From Felis catus (Eukaryota), in NCBI RefSeq assembly GCF_018350175.1, contig NC_058368.1:189226001-189290000 (forward strand): 64,000 nt of DNA, read 5' to 3'. The position numbers were made by a program, and so were the translations under genes. The notes beneath the pieces were generated by a model. It ran no database searches. It was given only the letters and a program-made list of their open reading frames with translations, and was not told the origin of the DNA. Shown here in pieces: positions 50,411 to 63,819 of the stretch (positions are counted from its first letter, which is position 1; the number at the start of each line of letters is the position of its first letter).

Positions 50411-53295
50411 CTCATTAATTTTTTGTTTGAGGATATCCTGGTAACAAGCAGATCTCTTTCCATAAAGTCCTTCATAATTAATTCTAGAGAAAGGGGGATA
50501 CTGAGAAACAACCAATTTGGGCAATGGTTTGTATCCTTGAACCTATATTTGTCACCTTACTATTTATTGGAAATGATAAGTTATGGGCAGAAAATCAAGT
50601 TCTCTGAAGTCTTTGGGGAAAGTAGACAACTTGAATCATAAGGAAAGACAAACAAGAAAAGTAAAGCCAGAAAATAGTAGTTCTCTGTATTACATGGAGA
50701 AAAAGCACAAAATGGGAAAGAGAAAAAAAAATCTGCACAATGTCCAAATTTCAGGCACTGCCAAAGTTTGCAAAATATCATTTCATTTAGAAATGCTATG
50801 ATTTAATGGCAAAGGAGGACATTTTGTTGGAACGCCTAGCGTAACAAACACTTTTCTCTCCACTTAACAGCACTCCCCTGGCTTCATCTTGTGGAGAAAA
50901 TAATAATTTGGATGTTTTGAATTATAGCAGTAATACTAAAGGCACTCTAGGCCCACCCAAATTCCCAGTGTTGACTGTGGTGTCAGGGCTCGGTAAGAAT
51001 GCAGCAAGATTCCGGCAGGCAGCTTGGTTTTAGGACATGGTTCAGGGTTTGCTGCAGTCAGGAGTGAGCAGAACTTTATATAGGACTGTACCCCTGTCAG
51101 CAGCCCCTTTTTCCAGGGCAAATCCAAGACAGGGCTCTCTTAGCTGAGAAGTCCCAGGGCTTTGGACCACGAGCAAGACCCAGAGGGAAGAATGTGAGTC
51201 TGAGCATCTGGAGGTCTTGGATCTGCTCCTAGCTCCGCCACTAATGAGCCCAGTGACCTTGGGTAAAATTTCTATCCTCTCTGGGCCTCCCTCCATCAGT
51301 GCAATATTTGACTTTTAGAACTACAAAGACCCTTAGAGATCATCCAGGTCTGTATTTTCCAAACTGTGTTCATTTGCATTCTGCCTGTGTGATTTGTGCC
51401 TTTTCCATGTACCACTTTAATTATTCTTTACTTCTATGAATCTAATTTAAAAGAAATCAGTATCAGTTATAATATACATAAGGTAACTTAACTACAAAAT
51501 TAAATTTAATACAAACAAAGCCATATTATTAAATTCTAGCCAGATAAATGTTGCTTATCTTGGAAGACAATAGCAACAAAAACAAAAATAACATGTAGTA
51601 TTTATTGAGACCTTAGTATGTTACCAGGCCTTCTTCTGCATGCTTTATAAACATATAATATTTCATTTAATTTCACAACTCTATGAAATAGTACTTATTT
51701 TCACCTTGTCACCACCATGTAATAGATGAGACAACTAAGGCACAGAAAGGTAAACTTGGGACCTGCTCTCTCTTTGTTAAAATGCTATGTTAGCATGCAT
51801 GCATGCGTGAATCTAAGACTTTCTCCTTGACATAATCAGAAGGATTAAAACAAATCATAAAGAAATAATTCTTCATTATTAGATAAAGTCTTATTTGATG
51901 CCATAAGTTTGTGCCACTCACTTAAAATCATTCTGTATGCCTTAGGTAATAGCTATCTCATAATTCTGTTAGACAATGATCTAGTCATAGAATAATCTGA
52001 AAAATGCAGCCATACTATTGTGGGCCTTTGTGATATTGATCTCATTACTTCCCCTGCTAGTATTTGTTCTTCCTTCTCTACTCTGCCTAAACAATTCCTA
52101 CTGGTATTTCAAGTAGCATCTCACCATGAACCCTCTCTGACCACCCAACCCCTCTGGTGGCAGTAGGTCATCTCCTCCCTGGTGTCCCCATCATATCCTA
52201 CATATGTTTCAGTTACAGGAGTTGCCTTACTCCATAAATCTATAAAAATTCCAAACCTAATATAAAATAAATGAGTTGAAAAAATGATTTTGCGAAGCAT
52301 TCATTACATAAAAATAGAACACTGAACACAAAGGCTATGTTCGAAAAGTTCTTTTGAGGAAAAGTTTCATCAGGGGTTAGAATGGTTGAAGCTCCTCAAA
52401 ACAAGAATCCAATGAGCTTGGATGGGAGAAACTTTCCTTTCCTGGTTATTCTCCTATGAGATACTCCTCTTTGCTGCCATGACCTGCATGGTATTCACAA
52501 CTAGAATCATCATTCTCAAAAACCCTACATTTCAATATGTGTTAATGCTTCTGAAAGCACACTGGTTAATGCTTCTGCTTCCATTTCTCCCTCCCCTTTA
52601 ACCCCAGCCCTTCACCAGTGATCTCTGGCTCTTCCATTTCAACTAGTGTGCCCTGAATTGCCTTAGACCCCGACCACCATTAACTGTCAAAAGACTGTCG
52701 TTGGCAGCCATTGTACCCCACACACAACTTTTGGTAGTTTCTGAGAAGGTGTTATTTAGGCTAAAAAGGGTCATGAAAGCAGAGCTCACAAGTTAAGCCA
52801 CTGTAGGTCCAGGATCACCTTTTATTTGTTTACATGTCTCTCTCCCTGACTTGATAAGAAGTTCTTTGAAAGGAGGGACTGTGTCACATTATTTTGTGCA
52901 TCCCAAAGTTTCTCAAGCATCATATACAGATTGAGTTATTGGAGTAGTTAATTACTAGACCAGTTAATGCAGTTCAACATTTTACCAAGAATTGGAACCT
53001 GTGATTATGTAGCCACCACCTGGAGAGAGAGGGAAGGAGGGAAGAGGAGGGACAGACAGACAGAGACAGAGACAGAGAATGCTATTTAAGGAGGTTTCTC
53101 AATCCAGTTTGGATTACTCTAACCCTTAAACAGTCTTTCCTTATATTGAATTGAAATCTTTCTCTCTGTGACTTCCACCAGCCATTTCTAAGTCCATCCA
53201 ATAAAGTAGTATAGTAAGAGTTGATGCCTTTTCAATTGAAGAGCTTTTGTATGTTAGGAGATTGTGCCCATTTTTTGGCTCTTTCATCCTTTTAA

Positions 53296-53513
53296 TTTTT
53301 TTTTTTTCCAACGTTTATTTATTTTTTTGGGACAGAGAGAGACACAGCATGAATGGGGGAGGGGCAGAGAGAGAGGGAGACACAGAATCAGAAACAGGCT
53401 CCAGGCTCCGAGCCATCAGCCCAGAGCCCGACGCGGGGCTCGAACTCACGGACCGCGAGATCGTGACCTGGCTGAAGTCGGACGCTTAACCGACTGCGCC
53501 ACCCAGGCGCCCC
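53296..53513 (-). mobile_element. Young feline CanSINE, antisense
   Basis: Reverse complement of the SINEC_Fc-like sequence, CpG-rich; TSD ctctttcatccttttaa at 53279-53295 and 53513-53529. Confidence 0.97.
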
Positions 53514-53736
53514 TCTTTCATCCTTTTAAACAACATCATTTATTCCCTCAAATTTTATGATTCCCAGATCTCTTGCCATCCTAGTATAAACCTAGTATAA
53601 ACCAGAATAACTCAAATTCTGGATGTAGTCCACCTCCTTTCAAATCCAGGCTCCATAACTCACTTTTGGTGTGATCTCTGAATCTCAGTGTCCACAAGTG
53701 TAGAAAGGAAATGGTTATTATAACAATAGCACTTCA

Positions 53737-53958
53737 GGGGGCGCCTGGGTGGCTCAGTCGGTTAAGCGTCCGACTTCAGCCAGGTCACGATCTCGCGGTC
53801 CGTGAGTTTGAGCCCCGCGTCAGGCTCTGGGCTGATGGCTCGGAGCCTGGAGCCTGTTTCCGATTCTGTGTCTCCCTCTCTCTCTGCCCCTCTCCCGTTC
53901 ATGCTCTGTCTCTCTCTGTCCCAAAAATAAAATAAAAAACGTTGAAAAAAAATTTTTT
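53737..53958 (+). mobile_element. Young feline CanSINE inserted into a MIR (about 53630-54060)
   Basis: ggggcgcctgggtggctcagtcggttaagcgtccgacttcagcc; TSD taacaatagcacttc at 53721-53735 and 53959-53973. Confidence 0.97.
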
Positions 53959-54227
53959 TAACAATAGCACTTCGTGTGTCTATTGTGGGGACCAAAGCAG
54001 ACGACACATACAACATGTATGATACAGCTCAAACATTTAACAGACACTCAAAAAATGTTAGACATTAATACTCCAGGTAGCAACTAACCAGAAGATCCAG
54101 CCCCAGGGGGGGCCCACAGTTCCTTCAGAATGGAATTATTTCTGTTAATAAAGCCTCATTGGTTTCATTTTTAGAGCAGCCACATCCCCTGATGGCTCAT
54201 CTTGGGCTTGTGATCAATCAAAATCTT

Positions 54228-54231
<4 letters not shown>

Positions 54232-54283
<52 letters not shown>
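54232..54283. repeat. (TC)n microsatellite
   Basis: Directly visible. Confidence 0.95.
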
Positions 54284-54285
<2 letters not shown>

Positions 54286-55399
54286 TCTCTGTCTCTTTTT
54301 AAACATAAACTGCTGTCAAACCTACTCTCCCACATCTTATACTTTAAAAATCAATTTTATGAAACTAAAAGCAGAACATATATTCATCCTTATTAAATTT
54401 TCTGCAGATCAGTTTGGCCTATCATTCTAACATGTCAAGATAAGTTTAAGTCTTGATTCTGTCATCTGACCTATTAGTCACCCTTCCCAACCCTGTGTCA
54501 TCTCCAGATGTGATAATTATCTCTTTTCTCTTCACTGAGGTCACTGATAAAATCCTGAACAACTTCAAGGCCAACAACAGAGTCCTGTGGTACCGTTGAC
54601 ATTCTTTGGGCAGTAGGCCAACATTCTCATTTTATGGATGAGGAGAGTAAGATTCAGGAGGGCTAAGTAATTTGCCCATCATCATACAATACAGCCAATT
54701 GACTATTTCCCAAAGTGTATACCTAGTCCCCTGAGAGACTTTCCCTAACAAAGGGTTTCCATGACCAAATAAGTTTGGAAAATCGTGCAAACTCTGTTTC
54801 CTTCTTGGAGATTTGCAATGCCCAACAGCACACTGAAGATTTTGTGATGTCTTATAGTCAAGAATTCCATTATACTTGTTTAATATAAACATGTTTATAC
54901 TTGTTTAGCCCAGCATTTCCAAAACATATTTGACCATAAAATCTTATTTTCAGGTAATAGCTCTTATCCTATAGAACCAATGCTCCATAGTCAGCTATGA
55001 GTGGACACATCTAGAACAAAAACCAGTGTCTCTCACTGGTCATGTGATTAAATTCTGAGATGCCCATGTTCAGAGAGTCTTGTGACTTCTAGATGAAAAA
55101 CAAGATGGAAAGGAGTTTTGGGGATGAAGAGTTAATAAACGGGAGTGTAGTATGATGAAGAAGTTAGGAATTAAGGTTGGGGGCATCCCTTCCGTGGCCT
55201 CTATGCCTCCAAAGCAGGAATGAAGAGAGGAGCCCAGAGCTGAGTGCTCCTAGTAAGATCCTCACCCCCTGCCTCCTGACCATGTCCATCACAGCCTTCT
55301 ATCATGCTTTGCTTTGAAACCATCAGGACTAGTTTCATTATGCTTTTATCCCTAGTCATGTCAGCCATCCCAAGAAACCAGGGACTCCCAGGGGGCTTA

Positions 55400-55650
55400 A
55401 TTGCCAATTTTTCAAGAGGAATCCCTGATTTAAAGTTGCAATTCCTTTATCTGGCACCCATTCCCTTTCCCTGCTTTATTTTTCTCCATAGCATTTACCA
55501 CCATCTGAAATAATGTATATTTCATTTATTTGTTTATCCCTCTACTAGAGAATAAGCTCTATGCTGGCAGGAATATTTATTTTGCCCATTGCTTTATTCT
55601 CTGCACTTAGAATAGTGTGTGGCTGATAGCTGGTGCTCAATAAATATGAA
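55400..55650 (+). mobile_element. L2 3' end
   Basis: ctgctttatttttctccatagcatttaccaccatctga...ggtgctcaataaatat. Confidence 0.8.
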
Positions 55651-56821
55651 AATACGATTCAGCTCAAACTGGGGGGCCTAAATAAATTATAGCCTCTCAA
55701 AGGGCAAGGATCACATCTTGAGTTTGTCTTGACTTATTTATGATGTGATACCATCTGCTGAGTGGGTCTTTATTACACTAGAAATGAATATTATTACTCA
55801 GATAGATATCAATATACAGGGAGAGGCTATTAGTCTCAGAAACCACATTCTCTCTCTTCTGGTGACCTCATCCACCAGGCCTTGCATGGGCATGACTCAT
55901 AAATCCACAACACCACCTCTGACCTTCATCCGTGCCACAGCTTACCTTTCCTGTGGTTTACTGGACATTTCTACTGTGCTAGGCAGCTCAAACTCTTCAG
56001 TCCCATAGCTAGAAACATTATCCCCTCCTTGCGAAAAATTATTAAAGAAATAACAACAAAAACAACCTTCCCCAACTTTATCATTTAGGCATATGATAGG
56101 TTGGTTGCACTAAAGTAATTAATAGTAATTACAAAAATCTATGACATTTTTTTCTGACTTCTCCTTCTTCCTTAAAGTCTCTATATCTGAAATGTCCCCT
56201 CCAGCTCTTCCTTCTGCTCCATTCCCACCCTAGTATCAGGGTAGCATTATTTTTTTCCTGGATAATTGAAATATTCCTCTCCCCTGCCTTGTTTCCAATG
56301 CCTTTAATTTCTAGCCCAGTGTTTTTCAAGCAATGGGCCATGCCTATTAGTGTGATATGGAATCATTTAGAATGACATGATAAGCATTTTAAAAATAAAA
56401 TGAATAGAACAGAACAGAACAAAATAGAACAAAACGGGGAAAAAGTCAGACTGTTTGTTTCTAAAAGTTTTGCTGAAGGTGTATGTATATGCCCTGAGCC
56501 ATCATTATGTAAATATATTTCTCACAATAGCTTAAAAGCCATAGCTCAAATCTAATGTAGCCCAAAGCAGAGATTTGAGTTACATCACCCTCTACCTAAA
56601 CCTTGGAGTGACTTCATAGTGCTGTCTGAATGAAGTCCAAACAAACTTACCCAGTATTCGATGGTTCCCAAACTCAGGCTCTAGCCTCTCTCCACAGCTT
56701 ATTTTCCAACTCCTCTACACTCGTACATAGAATGCTCATTGGGCTGGAACACCCGTTATTTCTCAAACATGCCCTGAGATTCCTAATGCCATGATTTTTC
56801 ATATGCTGTTCTTTCTTCTGG

Positions 56822-57050
56822 AGCAGTGATTTTCAACCAGGGGGAATGATTTTGCTCCCCCAAGGACATTTGACAGTGCCTGGAGACATTTTTTGTTTTC
56901 ACAACTGGGGAGGGATGGGGTGCTATTGGCATCTTGTGGGTAGAGACCAGGGATGCTGCTAAATATTTTAAAATGCAGAGGACAATCCCCTACAACAAAG
57001 AATTATCGGGTCCCAAATGTCAATACTATTAAGGTTGAGGAGGCCTGCTT
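56822..57050. mobile_element. MER20 hAT-Charlie MITE
   Basis: cagtgattttcaaccagggg...ccaaggacatttgacagtgcctggagacattttt...gggtagagaccagggatgctgctaaa...ccaaatgtcaata. Confidence 0.92.
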
Positions 57051-57054
57051 TAGC

Positions 57055-57215
57055 ACAGAGGATCTTAAATGGTGCCCTGCAACTCAATCACTTGAGAAAC
57101 TTATAAAACTTGGAGTTTGGGTTCCATAGAGCTGAAGTGGGGCCTGAGAATGTGCATTTCCAATGAGTTCCTCTGAGATGCTGTAGCTGCTGGTCAGGGA
57201 CCACAGAACCATTGT
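57055..57215. mobile_element. MER5-like MITE directly adjoining MER20
   Basis: gtggggcctgagaatgtgcatttcc...gctgctggtcagggaccaca. Confidence 0.7.
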
Positions 57216-59429
57216 CTAGACTAAAGGGACCTCTGTGTTCACAGGGCTTAACGTTACCCAACTAAGGTTTTAGAGGCCACCCACTTCACCGAGCCTCTCC
57301 TGGTATCAGCTCAGATCCTTTGATTCCTGCAGCAGCTGGCCTCTGTCCTCAGGGTCTGTCTTTCACTTCTGTCACTACTGGATGGAACTTCCTCTCCCTT
57401 GCACTGCATTCACACAGCCCCCTAGAGCAGGTGTTTCCTAGGCTAAGACTTACATTCACCTTCCACCTCTTACTTCTCCAAAGCTCTTTGGGCAGCCTCC
57501 CTGCCTGAACAGATTCCATAAGCCAAAATACAACCATGGCAGGCATCTCCCCAGCCACTTGTCTGCAAGCCTCTTTCTGTCCATTCACCGATTGTCAAAG
57601 TGTTAAGGAAAGCATTGGAGCATGAAAGGACATATAAGTCCTTTTCAGGTATTTAGGTGGGAAACTGAGTGACCAAGGGACAAAATGAGTGAAGTGACAA
57701 AAAACAATAAAAAGGGTAAAAGGTTACCTGTAAAGAGGAGTGCATTGCAACCTCATTTTTGTCCTTCACTATTTTGCCCAGAATCAGCACTGTCTAACAC
57801 CTTCATGCTGGGCAGCGCAAAGGAACATGAACAAAAGGAGAGATAAGCCACAGCCACTCTCTTAGCATACCTTAGAGACTTATAAGCATCACACATGAAA
57901 TAATTGAGTTCTAAATGTGATCCTTTACCTAGTCAATTTCCTGTATAGTTACAACTCCACTGTAGGTTATTTCCACTCAGATCCCTCATGTATGAGTTTT
58001 AAAAAAATGTAATTTTGCTTTAATCATATCATCAAAACACATACTTTTTAACCATTCTGTTCTTTCCAAAAGAAGTGTCCCCACAGTAGATATTTCAAAT
58101 TCCTTTTTAGCCAGAAAAAGACTGTCACACTTTAAAGTTAGTGTCATGAGCAAGAATTTAATTTAGACCTAATAATACAGTTATTATATGTTAAATACCA
58201 TATGGTTATTAAAAACATATTTATTGAGGTTTAACAAGTATGTCAAGACAAAACTCCATAAACAGCAGGAATTGTTAACAGGATGCAGTTATGGATTCTC
58301 AAGTCAGGCAGTGTATCTTGTGAATGGATATACTTTATATTAGACCATTAAAAATAATAATGAAGAATCTCCAAGGGCCTCCATCAGGGAGGGCAAAAGG
58401 GACAGTGAATTTGTGTACTGTTCACTCACCCCTGGAGACCTAGGATCAGTTCCGATTTGAGATGGGCATGAAAAATGAGCTTGGGGGTCTTCCCTTCATC
58501 CTCATTTGTGCTCTGTGCAAAGCCAACTGTATCATTTGGCATGATTGATGAGGGCCATTTATGGGAGCTTGCTGGGGGAGGGGGAGAAGAGTTTAGGAGG
58601 AGTCACTTGGAATAAGTCAGGGGGAGAGGAGTCGTGGAGACTAGGCCAGGTTTCTGCTGTTTACCAAAGCTCATTTCACTCGAAAACTTTAAAATGTGTG
58701 TGTGCGTGTGCATGTTTACATTCATGCAGTACACATGCATAATACCATATAGGAAGCGCTTAAGAATGGAGATAATCACTGCCAAATAGTGTTTGAAAAC
58801 ATTGCTTTTCTACGTCACGTACCAAGTGTAATGTCCTCTAAACTTGCTGCATTGCTTAAAAGAAAACTGGGCTGGAAAGAAGGAGCCTTCTCACCTTACA
58901 GCCCAGTGCCCCTCCAGCTGAAATGGCAGGGATCCGCCAAGGCCTGTGTTTATGGCCCCCGTGTGCCGATGCCATGGCAATGCCCCTAAGACAATGGCTC
59001 CTGTTCAGCAGGATGACTTCACAGGAGGCTCAGGCCAGGGTACTTCAGATGGGTCGTGAGTAAGAACCAGCAAAAACTAATATCCTTAACAGTTAGCAAA
59101 CATGTCGAAGGAAATTATTCATAAATATTTGAAGAGCGACGAGGTCCAAGTTTGGAGTGAGCAGCTGTTGGTCTGCAGGTTTTCCCCCGTGTATTAGCCC
59201 CTTTTTAAGAGAGTCAGTGTTCCGCTCTCACTAAGATTTCAAATGCCAAGCCCCAGAATTCCCTCAACTGCTTCTCACACAAAAGGTTCCTGGATGCCTC
59301 AGTGTAGCCATGTAGTTATGCAGCTATGAGCCAGGTCTCTAGGTGGTGACCTAGAAAAGATATTTGTGTGGAATATTCAGCTGTCTTTAGAGCCATGTTT
59401 GGAATTCCTGCCACTCCTCTCTGACACTT

Positions 59430-59432
<3 letters not shown>

Positions 59433-59475
<43 letters not shown>

Positions 59476-59560
59476 GAGAGAGCAAAACAGCGAGAGAGAA
59501 CGAGAGAGCGAGATAGCAAGAAAGAGAGGGAGAGAGAGAGGTGGGGGGAGTGGGGAAGAG
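59433..59560. repeat. (TG)n followed by an imperfect GA-rich tract
   Basis: Directly visible. Confidence 0.9.
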
Positions 59561-60632
59561 AATATATAATCATCACGTCAGCACAATGACCAGGCCCAAC
59601 TGCATGAGGATAATTATGTTTTACAGTTTTGCTAAACACAGGAAAGTATTTTCTCAGGCCATTTAATTGAAACAACATCATGGGTTATACCTTCATTGTA
59701 ATAAAACTCCACTGTGTGTCCAAGTGCCAGGGGATTTATTAACTTGCTCCGAGCTCTGAGAATCAGCAGGCAGGGTCAGACACAGCTAGTGATGATGACA
59801 TCATCGGTTTTGGCAGCTCTTTTCAACTGGTGTTGAGTGAGGTAATGTCCCCAAAATTAAAACTGACAGCAAGATTAATGATGATAGATTCACTGACTTT
59901 TTTCATGATTTAAATTGGTGTTCTGTTTCTTCCATTCTGGACGGCCAAGAGAGCTTCATGCCATTAGCTTGGCATATCAGCAAAGCCAGATAACAGGAGC
60001 CCCTTCACCCTGCCGCCTGGGGACAGGCTGGAACTTCAGGGCTGGAGGTGATTTAGAGATGAAGCCAAAGGAAGACACACCCTCATGTCTTTCGCAGAGA
60101 TTAGGACAATGAGATATGCTGCCTTTATGAGATCAGCAAATACATGCATTGTATTTGTTATTTTGGTGTAAGAAAGGTTATGTGCTCTGCAAGGGGTTGC
60201 TGTGTGCAAGGAATACCTCATCAAACCTTGTTACTGAGTCAGGATTTGCAATCTCTGGAATTGGAGCTAGGCAGATCTTGCCCTTTATGCTTTCTGTACT
60301 GAAAAGATTTGCTGAGGGCATTAGAAGCATGAAGAAAATTCTGAGGCAGAAGATTGGAAGATGTATAAACTGCATGAAAAAGACCCATTTAGGAACCATC
60401 TTAGAGGCTTTGATATCCTACAAATAACTATCATATTAATTAACTAATTATGCTATCCCTACTCTCCTGCAAACTTCGTAAGGGCAGAAATTAACTGCTT
60501 GCACCTTTTTAATTCCAACAACGACCATAGCAACATATAGCAAGCACACACACAAAAAATTATTGAATGTATGTTACTTAAAGCAGATACCTTAAGGACT
60601 TCTTGTAAGAAATTTAAACTCCTAACTGGGTT

Positions 60633-60835
60633 GGGGCGCCTGGGTGGCTCAGTCAGTTGAACGTCTGACTTCGGCTCAGGTCATGATCTTGTGGTCCATG
60701 AGTTCGAGCCCCACATCTGAGCTGTCAGCACAGAGCCTGGAGCCTGCTTCAGATTCTGTGTCTCCCTCTCTTTGCCCCTCCCCCACTCATGCTCTGTCTC
60801 TCTTTGTCAAAAATAAATTAAAAAAAAATAAAAAA
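60633..60835 (+). mobile_element. CanSINE with an altered internal segment
   Basis: SINEC head; 18-bp TSD taaactcctaactgggtt at 60615-60632 and 60836-60853. Confidence 0.96.
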
Positions 60836-62439
60836 TAAACTCCTAACTGGGTTTATGGAGTATACTTTCAGATAATGAAAACACTTTTCTTTAAAGCCAT
60901 GGTCAAATTTATCATAATCACTAGTCCATATGGACATGTCTCACTAGTCTGAAATAATATGGTTTACTGTTTCAGAAAAAGAAAAAAAGAATGAAAGAAA
61001 AGAAAAAAGAACAATCCAAAATGACATATGATGATATAATAAATAGCCACACAGCAGACTGGCAGAATTGGAGAAAGTCCTCAGTGTAATCTCGTTGTGA
61101 GCATTATGGGTGTGATGCTTTCTTCCAAAATGAAATCCATCTGTACGTTCAGGGATTATTTCACAATCTGATTTAGAGCGGGCTTTGTTGGGAGTGGGGA
61201 GTCACAGCTGGAAAGGAAATGTCCTTCTGTCTTAAAAGAGGGTATGTTGGGTCCACTTGGCAGTGGATGAGGATGTGGGACTTCACTGTGACTCTTTCTG
61301 GTAAGTCTATTTCTAAGGAGAACATTCACTGTCTCCAGAGTCAGGAGATACTGTAGTTAATCCTTGCCCCACCCCTAACTAGCTAAGACATTTTGGGTAA
61401 ATGGGTAAATTTTGGGCCTCTCCTGGGGCCTCTGTTTCCCCATTAGTCCATTGGTAAGGTGAGTGAGTAAAGTCAACAAGTACTAAGGCCCTTAGCAGGC
61501 CAGTCATTCTCTGATGCTAGAGGTTTAATTACTCTTCAGAGGGGCACACCCAGACAGATCAAGTGAACTATACTAACTCCTTACTCCAGCTGTTCAAACA
61601 AAGTCAGGTTCTCCATCCCCGCTAAAGTTTATGGTACTAGTTGGGATAAAAAGATAGGTTTCTCCCACCTTCTGTTCTTTTGACAACTTAGGCTCCAAAC
61701 ATTTTGTTTCTAAGCAGGTTCCAACACTTTCCCACATTTCTCTTGCCATATTTCTCCTAATTTCTTTCTGTCCTCACCCAAATGTTTTATTTTCATCACA
61801 CAGAACATCAGATTGTGGATGGAGGGTTTAGAGAAAGTGTTAGGTTTCATTGATGAGAAATATAGGAGATGAGACCTTATCAATGCTCCTTTTTTCTCCA
61901 CCTATGGCATTTCTTTTTGTAAAGATAATACTGTATTTGACACCTTTTGAAGTATTTATCCAGTTCATAATATTCTTCTTTACTAGACACTGCCCTCTAA
62001 TCCACAAGGGTAAGGCTGGGACTCCAGTAACCAAGTGCATACTAAATGATGCCTACTTCTCTGGCCATGGCTGACCAGAACACAATGTGCAGCTGAAACA
62101 TGCTGGGGATTTGGAAAATCTACATTATTAGGAGGTTGGACTCCTACCCGCTCTGCAATGCAATACTTTTTGTGAATCACAGACCTAATTTTTCTCCTTA
62201 CTTAGCCTCATTTGCACAAGATAAAGAAAGGTTAACATGGGTGTCTAAGCACTGTGTGGAGTGAGGAGTGCCAGTTCAGGAGACAGGCTTTCAGAGACCC
62301 TGGGACAAGAGACTGAAATGTTTTCCCAGGACACCTAGGAATGGCTTTGCTTTTTTCACCCAGCATCAAAACGAGGATGCAGCCTTGCTGATGAGTTTGG
62401 TTCAGCAACCAAGAAAGCCCATTCTTTGTAAAGAGTCCC

Positions 62440-62632
62440 TTACACCAGAAATTCTTATCCTCACTGCCCCTTAGAATCACCTGGATAGCATTTATAAACT
62501 GACAAAATCTGAAATCCTATTCCAGAGATTTTGATCAATTAGTCTGGGGGGAATGAGGAGACATTGGAATTTTTTTTTTTTTAAAGCTACCCAAGTGATG
62601 CTAATAGGCAGCCAAGGTCAGAAGCCACTTTC
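62440..62632. mobile_element. MER5-like MITE
   Basis: ttagaatcacctgga...cagagattttgatcaattagtctgggg...ccaagtgatgctaataggcagccaagg. Confidence 0.75.
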
Positions 62633-63819
62633 CTAAATTAAAGTACTAGACTGTTAGTTTGAAATATTCCATGATGGTAATATAAGTCTGAATGTTAAAG
62701 GGTGGTGGTGGTGGAACCATAACTGAGCACCCATCTTTTTTCTAGAAGGTCCCTGGAGTTCCAGAGAGTGCTGCTGACAGTTACATGCCCTGTAGAGGTC
62801 CAAAGGAAAAGTCTCACCAAGATATGCTATCTCTGCCTCTGCTCTGTACAGCTACCTCTTCTCCACTGAACCCTACATCCCAGGCCAAAACTAGAAAACA
62901 TTTTTTTTCTAAGAACCCGATAAATCTATCAATAGTGCATTAATCAGCTAGACAGAAATGCTAATGAGTGATTGCTAATTTATGTCCAATGACACAAGAT
63001 ACAGGATGTCAATAATTAGAAGTGTGAACAAGGGGAAGGTGGCTGAAACCACAGTTTTAATTGGAGTACCATGCAGCCAGCACTCTGTTCTAGTCTAAGG
63101 ATTAAGATTCAGCCTGCCACCAGCAAATCTATGGTGACCAACTGTCCAAGTTCGTCCTGCTTTTAGCACTAAAGTCCCTTGTCCTAAGAATCCCCTAGTC
63201 CTGGGAAAATACTTGATCTTCACCTCTCTTGTCCAGATTTGCAAGACTGACCATAGAAAGCTCCTATCAAAGTTAGAAATATTTCACTGATGGACATGAC
63301 TGCCCATCTCTGTCAATGTTGAACATGCCATTCATGCTACCTATTCCCAAACCTCTGACAAATGAGGGGTGGAGTCAGGATGGGGATAATAAATCTATTC
63401 TGAAGCTGAACATTTTCCATCCAGAGCCCTGATAATAATAGAGCTCAGAGCTCAGATAACAGAATTTATTCCTAAGCCTACCCAACCTAACTGAAGCCAT
63501 TCAGACCTTCTCCCCAGGTAATTTGGAATTGGGATCTAGAGAGACTCTGTTAATCTCTTCCAGTGACTGAGGGGTAACATGCATGCTGGGGAGCTGTTGG
63601 CAGGCAGGTGCTGCAAAGGCAACTGTTGAAGAGAGGAAGCCAGTCTGCAGTGAGAAAAGGATAAAAAGGCACCCAGGCAGAAGTAGGGAGGAGAGAAAGG
63701 GTAAGAAAGCTGCTTGGGGTTCTGCATGGGTCTCTATTTTTTGCTTTCATGCCCTTTCTGATCCTCATAAAATTCCTGTTCTTTAGCTCCATAAAATCCT
63801 CGTCACCCCCTTGCATTTT

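Noticed and set aside
52148..52165. CTCF-like ccaccagagggg on the minus strand
   Set aside because: It lacks the conserved 3' GC positions and is only a weak match.
53580..53603. Short direct duplication cctagtataaa x2 (similar ones at about 3307 and 52541)
   Set aside because: Ordinary slippage duplications.
53247..54016. Similar ORFs on opposite strands resembling paralogous small proteins
   Set aside because: They are translations of the two CanSINE copies.
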